Positions 47,192 through 57,053 are shown, counted from the first letter of the stretch. The stretch is 64,000 nt of DNA from Candidatus Enterousia sp. (GCA_045587125.1 JAZNBN010000012.1:17461-81460), one strand, 5' to 3'. Made by a program: numbers and translations. The notes: generated by a model from the sequence alone, not told the origin.

Positions 47192-47340
47192 TGTCAAAGG
47201 GCGGTTTTTCTTTGGATTTCTAAGGATTTTCACAGTTCGATAATACAGGTTATAAAATATGCTATTTTTCAGGCATTATCGAACTGCATAATAAAAAAGG
47301 TTAGAAACCTAACCTTTTTCTTAGTTCGAGTCCGCTTTGC

Positions 47341-49071
47341 CTATTCGGTCAAATCTAAATCTAGTTGTTTATTCAATTTTTTATACTTTTTGGAAATTTT
47401 CTCATCAGCGTACTCCCATTTGTACCCGCCAGCATAAGGTCTATGTCCCCTACAAACAGAACCTATATTTCCCGAACTTATTTTCATCTGTCTGCCTGCA
47501 TCCGATATGGACTTAAACGTTTTTATTATATTTCCTGTTTTAAGGTCTATCATATTTACTGCAACGCTTTTTGCTAGATCGCTACGTTCCTTGCCACATA
47601 TAGGGCATCCTGTTGGAATTTTTTTATTCGTTCTATGACTAATGGTTGACTGATACTCACAGGCACATTTTGGACAACTCCACCATACTTTATGATCTGA
47701 ACCACAACTAAACATACTTGGTTGCAAATTGCCATTTTTAGTTGGATGCCATTCCATGGCTATATCTGGTCTTACAGAAACCAGAGAGTTGCTTATCTCC
47801 GATTTTTTATATTCTAATATTTTAAATCTGTCTCTTTTTAAATTTATTAAATCATCTGGTATTGGTTTATACAAATTCAAAAGCATTAACAGCTTCCTTA
47901 AGGCAAATTCCAAATTCTTATGTTCGTACAGATTTTTCATACCAACTATACGATCTGCAACATCTTCGCCCGACTCCGGCATTTGTTCTCGCATTCTAAT
48001 CAGCGTTATGCCGTGTTCTTTACATATTTGATATTTTCGCTTTTCTCTTTCTATTTTATTTTGCTTATGCCAAGCTTCGCCATCATATTCAATCGCATAT
48101 TTGATTGAAGGAATATAAACATCCAATTCAAACTTGCCCAGAAAATCAGATTTATACCTGCTTAGTGTATCCGGATATAACCGCTTTACATAAAAGAATA
48201 CCGCTTGCTCTGCGAATGAAGTTTGCCGTCCTGAATAACATATTGGGCACCCTGTGCCATTTTGTGCAGTTCTATGACCTATCGTCGCTTTATATTCATG
48301 TCCCAATGGACATTGCCACCAAACCTTTTTGCTTGTGCCGCCAGTAAAATTCTCTGGTAACAAATCGCCATTTTTACTTGGGTGCCATTCTTTTGCTATA
48401 TGGGGAAATTTCGTTTTTAAATCGTTTATTCCTGGTACAACCACCTGAGCAGGTTCAGAACAACAAGAACAACCACGTTTTAATATCGACCTATTTGAAA
48501 TTTTTGCTTTCCATTCATAATTACATTTTGAACATTTCCACCACGCGTACTTGTTAGATGCATATGAAACTCGCTCGGGGTTATCGATGTTTTTAGTTTT
48601 ATGCCATTCTTTTACAAGTTCTGGCAAAAAAGATGCTAAATCCCTTATACCCTTTTTGCAATGTGGACACCATGCTAATTTCTTAACTTGATTTTTTATC
48701 TTTTCTTCCCATTCGCAACCACAATCTGGACATTTCCACCAAACCCTTTGACAAGCATATTGACTGAACAAATCCGGTGTTAATAAATTATTCTTACTAA
48801 ACAACCAATAAATTTTTGCTTTCGGATGGGTTGCTGTTAAATTTGCTTGTATCTTTTTTTTGAATATATAACGACATTTTGGACAATCTTGTTTTCTAAC
48901 TGCCCTATGGTGAATAGTAGTCTCCCATTTATGGGCACATCTGGAACATTTCCACCAAGCTTTCTTATTTGAACCCGATGTCAATTTATTTGGATCTAAA
49001 TCAGTATTAGCATCCCAATCCCATTCTGACATGAGTTCCTTGTTGTCAATGATGTAGGATTTTTGTTTCAT
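47341..49071 (-). CDS. Mosaic homing-endonuclease-like protein: repeated treble-clef zinc ribbons, Vsr/DUF559-like PD-(D/E)xK core, and a NUMOD1-like DNA-binding tail
   Basis: At least 5 repeats of the W.W....N....P......GS.KK.WWKC..C.H.W pattern. Also FELDVYIPSIKYAIEYDGEAWH and a C-terminal IKTFKSISDAGRQMKISSGNIGSVCRG....AGGYKWEY. Confidence 0.65.
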   Translation of the reverse strand: MKQKSYIIDNKELMSEWDWDANTDLDPNKLTSGSNKKAWWKCSRCAHKWETTIHHRAVRKQDCPKCRYIFKKKIQANLTATHPKAKIYWLFSKNNLLTPDLFSQYACQRVWWKCPDCGCEWEEKIKNQVKKLAWCPHCKKGIRDLASFLPELVKEWHKTKNIDNPERVSYASNKYAWWKCSKCNYEWKAKISNRSILKRGCSCCSEPAQVVVPGINDLKTKFPHIAKEWHPSKNGDLLPENFTGGTSKKVWWQCPLGHEYKATIGHRTAQNGTGCPICYSGRQTSFAEQAVFFYVKRLYPDTLSRYKSDFLGKFELDVYIPSIKYAIEYDGEAWHKQNKIEREKRKYQICKEHGITLIRMREQMPESGEDVADRIVGMKNLYEHKNLEFALRKLLMLLNLYKPIPDDLINLKRDRFKILEYKKSEISNSLVSVRPDIAMEWHPTKNGNLQPSMFSCGSDHKVWWSCPKCACEYQSTISHRTNKKIPTGCPICGKERSDLAKSVAVNMIDLKTGNIIKTFKSISDAGRQMKISSGNIGSVCRGHRPYAGGYKWEYADEKISKKYKKLNKQLDLDLTE

Positions 49072-49152
49072 ATAGCCATTATAGGAAATATGTTTTAATA
49101 ATCAAATAAAGATATACCCTATGGCTCAACGAACCAATTATTTACAAATATT

Positions 49153-49233
49153 TCTGCGATTGTGCCCAGGTGTTCGAATTCAATTGGATTTTCGTATCGG
49201 TATGAACAAGCCATGCCGAGCCACAGTTTATAC
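49153..49233. repeat. About 80-nt repeat, copy 2
   Basis: Minus-strand translation gives WLGMACSYRYENPIEF. No start codon. Directly follows the OLD gene stop. Confidence 0.6.
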
Positions 49234-49264
49234 CATTCCGCTTTTTTTGGGGGGCGATGGATTA

Positions 49265-50734
49265 TTATTTTTGTTTTTCTGTTATCATGTTTTTAAATAT
49301 TTCTACAATTTCTGCCTGTTTTTCCATGGCAACGGTTCCATCTTTGAATTTATTAATGATATTTATTGCAGGATTACCAGATTTTTTTATTCCACAAAAT
49401 GTTTCTATATCACGTGGAAAACCATACACATAATCTGTTAATTCAGAAAATTCATTTTTAACAGCAATATTGTCAGCCCTATTTGGATCACCATCAGTGT
49501 CATATAACACAGAATGATGGATATTATAGCTGTTTAATATTTTTTGAAAATATGGCATAGACCATTTCCCAATCGTATCAATAACCGTTACATTCTGGGT
49601 CAAAGAATGAGGCAAATCACCACGTTGCTTTAAATAGTTATATAACATATATTCTGTGGGTCCTTCAACCAAAGCGACCTTTTTTGCAAAAAATATATCA
49701 CTGCGTGGTCTGTCAAGGTACACCAGATTTTTCGCAATTTCTAATTCTGAATCTGGGATTTTATTTTGATGCACCTTTGTAAAACCATTTTGTTTATCAA
49801 CACGTATTATACCACGTATATCCATAACATTTTCAGACACCAAATGACCAGAATGCGTTGTTGCAATAACCTGTTGATTATTTGCCTTGGCAAAACCACG
49901 TAAATCATATACCAAATCTGCGATTGCATTAGGATGCATGTATGCTTCTGGTTCTTCATATAACAAAACAGTTGGTTTTATACCGTATAAAATTTCATCC
50001 AGTTGCGCATTTATTTTTATAAGCCCTGCAATTATACGTCTTTGTGTACCAGTGCTTAGCATACTTAAATCCTTTATACCTCCAAAATCTTCTTTCATAT
50101 GTAGCGACATCCGCGATTTAGACAGTTGCGGGTCAAAAAAGACATCAGGTTGCACACCCAGCATTTGAATTTCTTTGGCAATTTTTCGTTCAAGCTTGCT
50201 AAATTCATATTTAAACAAAAATTTATATGACACTTTTGTCCTTTCTATTCTTTTGTGAATAGATTCATTCAATTTATCTATGATATTTTTATATGTATGT
50301 TGCATATTATCACCAGATGGAATATAGATAACCTTACCAAACAAATCTTCAATTGGTTGATCTGATTGTGGTACGTCTGGATATACATAGTGGGTTTTAA
50401 AACTATCATCATCCCGCAATTCAAAGTTTGAAAAATCTACCTCTCTTCGTACACGTAATTTATTTTTATGTATTCTATATGCCTCTGGTAACGCCATATA
50501 CTCCACAGGAGTCATATCATATTCTATTTCTATCCACGGTACAGAATCAAAATCGGAATCGAAACAAAGATCCCCTGTATTTAATTCAATATCACCGTAA
50601 AAAAATCGAATTGCATCAATTATATTACTTTTACCAACATTATTTTCACCAACAATAATAGAATAATCTTGAAGTTCTATTGTTGCATGTTGGATTGTTC
50701 TAAATTTATTAATAGTTACAGATTTTATTTTCAT
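49265..50734 (-). CDS. OLD-family nuclease (ABC-type ATPase plus Toprim)
   Basis: Walker A GENNVGKS, Walker B LLYEEPEAYMHP, Toprim ALVEGPTEY and YDTDGD. Confidence 0.75.
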   Translation of the reverse strand: MKIKSVTINKFRTIQHATIELQDYSIIVGENNVGKSNIIDAIRFFYGDIELNTGDLCFDSDFDSVPWIEIEYDMTPVEYMALPEAYRIHKNKLRVRREVDFSNFELRDDDSFKTHYVYPDVPQSDQPIEDLFGKVIYIPSGDNMQHTYKNIIDKLNESIHKRIERTKVSYKFLFKYEFSKLERKIAKEIQMLGVQPDVFFDPQLSKSRMSLHMKEDFGGIKDLSMLSTGTQRRIIAGLIKINAQLDEILYGIKPTVLLYEEPEAYMHPNAIADLVYDLRGFAKANNQQVIATTHSGHLVSENVMDIRGIIRVDKQNGFTKVHQNKIPDSELEIAKNLVYLDRPRSDIFFAKKVALVEGPTEYMLYNYLKQRGDLPHSLTQNVTVIDTIGKWSMPYFQKILNSYNIHHSVLYDTDGDPNRADNIAVKNEFSELTDYVYGFPRDIETFCGIKKSGNPAINIINKFKDGTVAMEKQAEIVEIFKNMITEKQK

Positions 50735-50911
50735 ATCTTTAACGTCTTGTTTTTTCTGTTAAAGCCTAACAAAGAACGAAACAAAGTCAAGAAAAATTGA
50801 CATATCAAACATTTGTGCCAAACAGTATTACAATACAAGCAACGTGACAAAATGTGCCGATTCGACTTTATTTTATTGACAATCTCTTATTTAGTGTATA
50901 TAATATAAACC

Positions 50912-52105
50912 ATGTCACATAGAAAAAATTGTATTTATTGTAACAAGGAAATCACAACACGCAGCAGTGAACACGTTATTCAAAATGCACTGGGCGGGTT
51001 ATTAGAATCAGAAGATATTTGTTGTCCTGAATGTAATAATTTTATTAGTAAACATATAGATGCACCTTTTACAAAGATATTCAATCCAATAATCAGTGGA
51101 ATAGAAAATTTTTCTAAAACAAATAACACTAAATCTATGCCGCCATATACGGGCACAGTTTTATACAACGGCAAAAAATATACCGCCAATATCAAAGGTG
51201 GCAAGGTTGTAGGTTGTCCGGAACTTAGTCGTGAATTGCGGTCTGATATATCAAAATTACCACTGGAAATTATATCGTATAACTTTGACATACAAAATTC
51301 TGCGTTTAAAACAGGACTGGGGAAAATCGCATTTAATTATGCAATGGCGAAAAATGTGGATTTTCAATATCTGAAACCAGGGTTAAATGTAAGCCAATCT
51401 GGCAGTACAGTTAATAAAATAGAATACAACTATGAAGTATTGGCATTTTGTCCGATGAACCCGATTGATTATCATGTTGAACTGAATAACAATTCTTTTG
51501 AGCCTTTTCATAATATAATTTTGTTTTCAGAATATAATGAATTGTGGTGCTATATAGATTTATTCAACACATTTCAATACTATGTGCGTTTATCGGACAC
51601 ATTGCCAGACAACACAAATATATATTCGTGTTATACGCAAACATTGCAAAAACCAGAACGTATTGCCCCAGATTTATCTGATTTACGCAACCCAAAAGAT
51701 ATAATGATTGTCGCACAGCAATACGGCGTTCAACCATGTATGGACGTACAAGAATTATCAAAACGAATTAATATTGCATTGGCCAGAAAATCACAAAAAA
51801 TTCCAATGGAACAAATTTACCAACCACGTATAGAACATGCTGCAAATGATATGATTATGACAAATATGCTGGGCGGGGCTGTTAATCCATATCTGTTATA
51901 CAATGCCATATGTTTATATTTTGATAATGATGAATTTCACAAAGAAAATTTCAGAACACTGACACCATCAACAGGTTTCAATAAAATATTTTCATACCCA
52001 CATGAAATTGCCAGAACTTTATCAGCGACACCTGAATTACTGCAACAATACACTATGGCAAAATTCAATAAGATGAATCAATATTTATGCCAGAAAAAAC
52101 ATTAA
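50912..52105 (+). CDS. HNH/His-Me-finger Abi-like protein (397 aa)
   Basis: CIYCNKE....SSEHVIQNALGG....CCPECNN. Same layout as the pseudogene at 1019-2038. Confidence 0.6.
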   Translation: MSHRKNCIYCNKEITTRSSEHVIQNALGGLLESEDICCPECNNFISKHIDAPFTKIFNPIISGIENFSKTNNTKSMPPYTGTVLYNGKKYTANIKGGKVVGCPELSRELRSDISKLPLEIISYNFDIQNSAFKTGLGKIAFNYAMAKNVDFQYLKPGLNVSQSGSTVNKIEYNYEVLAFCPMNPIDYHVELNNNSFEPFHNIILFSEYNELWCYIDLFNTFQYYVRLSDTLPDNTNIYSCYTQTLQKPERIAPDLSDLRNPKDIMIVAQQYGVQPCMDVQELSKRINIALARKSQKIPMEQIYQPRIEHAANDMIMTNMLGGAVNPYLLYNAICLYFDNDEFHKENFRTLTPSTGFNKIFSYPHEIARTLSATPELLQQYTMAKFNKMNQYLCQKKH

Positions 52106-52180
52106 CCCCAATAATTTATGATATTATTTGGAATAAAATCCATATTATGATATAATATTATACATTGAAGGATACGAAAA

Positions 52181-54091
52181 GTGGTATTGGATAAATACGA
52201 TGATTTTTTCTTAGGCAAAAATGTAACTGAACCTGTTGCAATAGAAATGTTGGTTGACGTTAAAGACATACACGCCTTGCAACGATTTTTAGAAAATTCT
52301 GGATTCCAAACAACCACAAATGGAAACGAAAAAGAAAAAATTTTAATCGATATAAGAAAAAACACCACATTATCCCAAGCGTATTCCATTATAACACCAG
52401 CATTAAAACCAGAAGACAGAAAAAAGCTCTATGAGGCATTGAAATATACAATTATGAAGTATGCCGAAACAACCAATTCTTTGGTACAAATAAAGTATCC
52501 GCATTTACTGGATTTAAAACACCTGATAGGCAAAAGACAAATTAAACACGATATAGAACTGGGCGAACAAGTACAACGTATTTTACGTGATTTAGAAAAA
52601 TCTGATGACACACATTGTTTGGATACAGATGCCCGCAAAAATATTGAAGACATCAAGCGATTATTCCCTACAAATTCTAACAACGGCATTCCTTTGTGTT
52701 ATTGTGGAACAACTGTTCCAGATCCATACAGCGTAGTAACATCTAATATAACCAGATTTTTTAGATTTGCCTCCACAAACCCTGGATACGCTAAGAATTT
52801 CACGGGAATTTTTGGAAAAAAAGAATTCGACGGACATCAAAACATAACCCATAATGGCAAACAAAGTATAGGCTTCGTTTTTCAATATGAACAACAACCA
52901 TTCCCACAGCAACTTTTTTTTAACAATAGCGGGATAGAATTTAATTGGCCTGCAATTGGCCACAAAGATCGTGAAGATGAAACCGCTATAAATCGTTTTG
53001 ACAACCCATGTGTCGGCATATATTTGGTTTGGGGTGCCCCTGATAAAACATCTAAATTTTATATTTATAAAATTAGCGAACAAGATCCACGCTATCAAAT
53101 TATAAAACAGTATTATACACCAACTAATGTCGCTTTGTCTTTTAGTAAAAACGAAAGATTCCAGGCTTGGTTACAAGAAGGCAACACACACCAAACATAT
53201 ATCCCCTGTAAAGACGGGGATATAGAACAAACCATGAAAAATGCGGATAATCTTGTAAAAACACAAAACGCAAAAAAGCAAAAGATTACAGAAATTGAAC
53301 AAGAAATTTCCGACATTTACAACAAATGTCGTTGTGAAAATTTTTCAGACATCGTAAGCCCCAGTACTTCTGGCGTAACCAGAATTTATGGTTGCGTAGA
53401 TATCCAAAATAAAATTAAATACGCCCAACAAAATACAAAACGACATGATAAAATCTTAAAAGATACACAGATCAGAATAAACACTATTCTGTCTGAAATT
53501 CAGTCGCATGATTATTTGACACAGCATACGTTTAATCAAATTCAGCCTTTAATCCAGTTGATAAAACAGAAACAAGATAATCTTGTTAACATACAAAACA
53601 ACTTGGAAAATACTGCGACTGTATGTGATAAACTATTAAAAAAATTAATAGATAATCTTGTCATGGGCAAAAACATCGTACACCAACAAGATGTACTTAA
53701 CATGGATTCAGAAACACGCAAACAAATTTTACAACACTATAAAAATTTGATTGCCAAATTAACAAAGTACGAACTATCCGAAGAAACCATAAAAAATTCG
53801 GCATACAATTTAATAAAAATATACACAACTGGAAATAAAGCAGAATTGTTTGACATCCTATGCGCCATTCGCAATCAATCATCGAAAGATTTCAGAACAA
53901 CGATGAAAAACACTATAAAAGCAATGGATATATCTGCAGAAGAAACCGAAATACTGATAGAATTATTTAAAAATGATAATTTATTCGTAAACCGTATCAA
54001 AAAAGCACGTAAATTAATGATATTAAAGCAAGGAACAGCAAACATTATAGCCAGAACACAAAACAATCCTGGGCCAGAAAAAACAATATAG
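52181..54091 (+). CDS. Large hypothetical protein with a coiled-coil C-terminal half
   Basis: GTG start after AAGGA, 75 nt after the HNH-like gene. No family recognised. Confidence 0.55.
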   Translation: MVLDKYDDFFLGKNVTEPVAIEMLVDVKDIHALQRFLENSGFQTTTNGNEKEKILIDIRKNTTLSQAYSIITPALKPEDRKKLYEALKYTIMKYAETTNSLVQIKYPHLLDLKHLIGKRQIKHDIELGEQVQRILRDLEKSDDTHCLDTDARKNIEDIKRLFPTNSNNGIPLCYCGTTVPDPYSVVTSNITRFFRFASTNPGYAKNFTGIFGKKEFDGHQNITHNGKQSIGFVFQYEQQPFPQQLFFNNSGIEFNWPAIGHKDREDETAINRFDNPCVGIYLVWGAPDKTSKFYIYKISEQDPRYQIIKQYYTPTNVALSFSKNERFQAWLQEGNTHQTYIPCKDGDIEQTMKNADNLVKTQNAKKQKITEIEQEISDIYNKCRCENFSDIVSPSTSGVTRIYGCVDIQNKIKYAQQNTKRHDKILKDTQIRINTILSEIQSHDYLTQHTFNQIQPLIQLIKQKQDNLVNIQNNLENTATVCDKLLKKLIDNLVMGKNIVHQQDVLNMDSETRKQILQHYKNLIAKLTKYELSEETIKNSAYNLIKIYTTGNKAELFDILCAIRNQSSKDFRTTMKNTIKAMDISAEETEILIELFKNDNLFVNRIKKARKLMILKQGTANIIARTQNNPGPEKTI

Positions 54092-54329
54092 TAACTATAT
54101 TCTGATATCGTTTATGTTATTTAATACAAGCAATCTCTTGATTTTTTTGTTTGGTATGATATGATGTAATTGAGCAAAGGTGGATTTAACCAGACTTGTC
54201 CTACCTAAATGAAACGGACTAAAAATGGGGTTGTTATTATGCAAATTTTCCATTATTGTATATTTATAACATGCGGCGCGTATCGCAAATCCGCCTTTGG
54301 TTATTTTTGCAAAACCAAAGGAGTAAACT

Positions 54330-55337
54330 ATGCAAAAAACAGCTGAATCAGTATCTATTGGACATCCAGACAAAATCGCAGACTATATTTCTTGTTTTAT
54401 TCTGGACAGAATGTTAGAACAAGACAAAGACATAAAATATGCCGTGGAAGTCATGATAAAAAACAACACCGTTGTGTTGGGCGGTGAAATCAGTGGTAAC
54501 GTCAATCTGGATAATTTACACGAATATGTTAAACAAGCCATATCAGAAATCGGATATGATGACCGATATGCCATTATTTGGGACGACATGACAATAAACC
54601 CAAACAACATAAACGTTATAAATTTAATCGGTGTACAATCCGCAGATATTAATCGTGGCGTACGTGCCGATGGTTGGGGCGACCAAGGGGTCTTTGTTGG
54701 GTATGCTTGTCAAGGCGACGGAATGATAAACCGTGAACTGTATTTGGCACGTAAACTGAATATGGCATTATACGACAAAGCCCGAACATCAGATAATCTG
54801 GGACTGGATATAAAAACACAAATAACATTAAATAACAATAAAATAGAAACGGCTATTGTTGCCATTCCTATGTTGCATGATGAAAATTTGAACGAATTTA
54901 TTATATCCGTACTGGGCGAAAAACCAGACAACATAATCGTAAATGGCACAGGACGATATACATACCATGGACCAATTGCAGATTGTGGTATCACAGGACG
55001 AAAATTGGCATGTGATTTTTATTCCACAGCATGCCCAATCGGCGGTGGCAGTCCATGGACCAAAGATGCAACAAAAGCTGATTTAACATTAAACCTGTAT
55101 GCCAGAAAATTGGCATGCGAAAATCTGGGTGATAATGACGAATGTTTCGTTTACCTGTCTTCATGTATCGGACGCAGTGAATTACCCAGTGGTTTAATAA
55201 AAACCGTCAAAAACGGGGTTACTGAATACCACAACCTGTGGTGCAATCAAAAACCAAGCACCCTTATTCGTGCATACGGACTGGATACACCTATTTACAC
55301 CCAGTTATGCAAAAAAGGTATTTCAGGGATAATGTAA
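54330..55337 (+). CDS. Divergent, shortened S-adenosylmethionine synthetase (MetK) homologue
   Basis: ESVSIGHPDKIAD, GWGDQGVFVGYA, DCGITGRK and GGGSPWTKD are collinear with MetK motifs. 335 aa against about 384 aa for E. coli MetK as recalled. Confidence 0.7.
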   Translation: MQKTAESVSIGHPDKIADYISCFILDRMLEQDKDIKYAVEVMIKNNTVVLGGEISGNVNLDNLHEYVKQAISEIGYDDRYAIIWDDMTINPNNINVINLIGVQSADINRGVRADGWGDQGVFVGYACQGDGMINRELYLARKLNMALYDKARTSDNLGLDIKTQITLNNNKIETAIVAIPMLHDENLNEFIISVLGEKPDNIIVNGTGRYTYHGPIADCGITGRKLACDFYSTACPIGGGSPWTKDATKADLTLNLYARKLACENLGDNDECFVYLSSCIGRSELPSGLIKTVKNGVTEYHNLWCNQKPSTLIRAYGLDTPIYTQLCKKGISGIM

Positions 55338-55356
55338 TTTCGTCTGTATCAATAAA

Positions 55357-55376
55357 AACCACCCAAACGGGCGGTT
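55357..55376. terminator. Palindromic hairpin AACCACCC-AAAC-GGGCGGTT
   Basis: Lies between convergent genes. Identical to 15671-15690. Confidence 0.65.
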
Positions 55377-55383
55377 TTTATTT

Positions 55384-56808
55384 TTAAATATCCCTTGATG
55401 GAATATCCACAGTTTGTATATTCCCCTTTTGGTGATTTACCATATTATGAAACATAGTAGATGCGGCATTTCCAACCGCATACGCCATACGTTCAACCAA
55501 TGTTTTATAATAAACGAACCGTGTATTTCCACGATTTGCATGATTGTATGCACATGAAGTATTTTTAGCCAATTCAGACACCGTTTTATATTCAGGCATT
55601 TCTTTTGTTATTTTTTTATATGGGAACACCATGGCTTTGTGATAGAATTCATTAGCAAAACGTTCCTTGGCGGTATCAAACATAATTTGTTTTAACGGAG
55701 AATCCATTTCGTCCCATAAATCATCATCGGAAACAAATCGTTCTTCACCGTCTTCTTTATAAGCCTGCACAGCATCTAAAAACGCCTGTAAAGTATGTTC
55801 TTTTGCATATGGGTCCAGCCCAAAATCTGGGCTGTGTATCAACATTAAATATTGTTCAAAATGTGTTAATTCATGTACAATTATATTAACAATAGCTTCT
55901 TGGTTATCACAACTGCGCAATTTCACTACACCTTCGACAGAAAAACCACCCAAAGCCCGACTATTTTTATCCAAATCTATTACCAATTCTGGGGCAACAT
56001 TATCCCAACCACGTTCATGAACATAAAATTTATAAAAAGCCTTGGCAAATTCAACACCAGAATCTTTATACTTGTTTGATATCGCCAAAATTTTTTCAGA
56101 ATTTTTATTCATTATGTCCATAACAGGATTTACATATTTTATAAAATCTATGGAAGAAGATACTTTCATTGTTCCATCACGTCCTGAAACCCTTTTATCG
56201 TTGGGTTTTAACTGCTTTGGAATAAATTTCGCCAATTTTTTTAAATCTGTATATGGCGTAGAATCCGTCAGATATACCAACGCATCTTTGATATCTTGTT
56301 TTGACCAGCCGTCTTGGCGCATCCATAAAATCGCATCAACAGCCGCGGCATTAACCATCATATTTTGAACAGGTGATTCTGGATTAGTAATACGTTCCAG
56401 TATGTAAATTATAAAATCATGATCAAATTGATGTTGTAAAAACGTTTCTAAAACAGTATTCAAAGGTAATTCTTTTTCGCCCTGGGAACGGATATTTTTA
56501 TTGTATTCAGCAATATCTTGGGCAATCTGATTTTTATTCCAACCAATTTTTTTACGCCACCATGCACCCAATTCATGCCAAAATTTTGGTATATCCAGAT
56601 GATTACGCCAATCCAATGACCGATCTATTACAGCACGTATAACATCTTTGGGAACATTATTCTGGGCCAACAAAAGAACCTTGTCAAATACTGCATCATC
56701 AATCTCACCTTCGTCATTTTTTGCAGATTTAAGAACTAATTCTTTTACAAAATCAATATCTAAATTGTGCTTGTAAACTAAATTCTGTATAAAATCATTA
56801 AAGTCCAT
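55384..56808 (-). CDS. Hypothetical protein with HExxH motif (putative zinc metalloprotease/effector)
   Basis: IVHELTHFEQ. Confidence 0.5.
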   Translation of the reverse strand: MDFNDFIQNLVYKHNLDIDFVKELVLKSAKNDEGEIDDAVFDKVLLLAQNNVPKDVIRAVIDRSLDWRNHLDIPKFWHELGAWWRKKIGWNKNQIAQDIAEYNKNIRSQGEKELPLNTVLETFLQHQFDHDFIIYILERITNPESPVQNMMVNAAAVDAILWMRQDGWSKQDIKDALVYLTDSTPYTDLKKLAKFIPKQLKPNDKRVSGRDGTMKVSSSIDFIKYVNPVMDIMNKNSEKILAISNKYKDSGVEFAKAFYKFYVHERGWDNVAPELVIDLDKNSRALGGFSVEGVVKLRSCDNQEAIVNIIVHELTHFEQYLMLIHSPDFGLDPYAKEHTLQAFLDAVQAYKEDGEERFVSDDDLWDEMDSPLKQIMFDTAKERFANEFYHKAMVFPYKKITKEMPEYKTVSELAKNTSCAYNHANRGNTRFVYYKTLVERMAYAVGNAASTMFHNMVNHQKGNIQTVDIPSRDI

Positions 56809-56914
56809 TATTTACACCTCTTTTCCGCATTTTATCACAAACATAACCGTTATTCAAAAAGTATTTTTTTGTACTACAATCATATAAAATAGTAAAATTC
56901 CAAGGAGGATAAAC

Positions 56915-57013
56915 ATGGCAGATAAAAATAAAATTTATAATTTGACTACTCTTTTATTGGGTGCATCATGCTTTGTTGGTGCATTTGCATCTGCATACAG
57001 AAAAGAACGTTAA
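56915..57013 (+). CDS. 32-aa small membrane protein
   Basis: Not in the ORF track. Strong SD AAGGAGGA 5 nt before the ATG. Sequence MADKNKIYNLTTLLLGASCFVGAFASAYRKER. A terminator follows. Confidence 0.4.
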   Translation: MADKNKIYNLTTLLLGASCFVGAFASAYRKER

Positions 57014-57033
57014 AATAGTACTTGTTAATAAAA

Positions 57034-57053
57034 AACCACCCGATTGGGTGGTT
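57034..57053. terminator. Palindromic hairpin AACCACCC-GATT-GGGTGGTT
   Basis: Same family as 15671 and 55357. Confidence 0.6.

Noticed and set aside
47321-47342. Possible tRNA gene suggested by the GTTCGAGTCC T-loop sequence
   Set aside because: No cloverleaf can be drawn: there is no matching T-stem, acceptor or anticodon arm. It is treated only as a tRNA-derived att-like fragment.
52661-53098. 145-aa minus-strand ORF, plus 52102-52389, 52429-52689, 53113-53316 and others
   Set aside because: They are antisense within or across the HNH-like and 636-aa genes. AT-rich DNA readily yields such ORFs.
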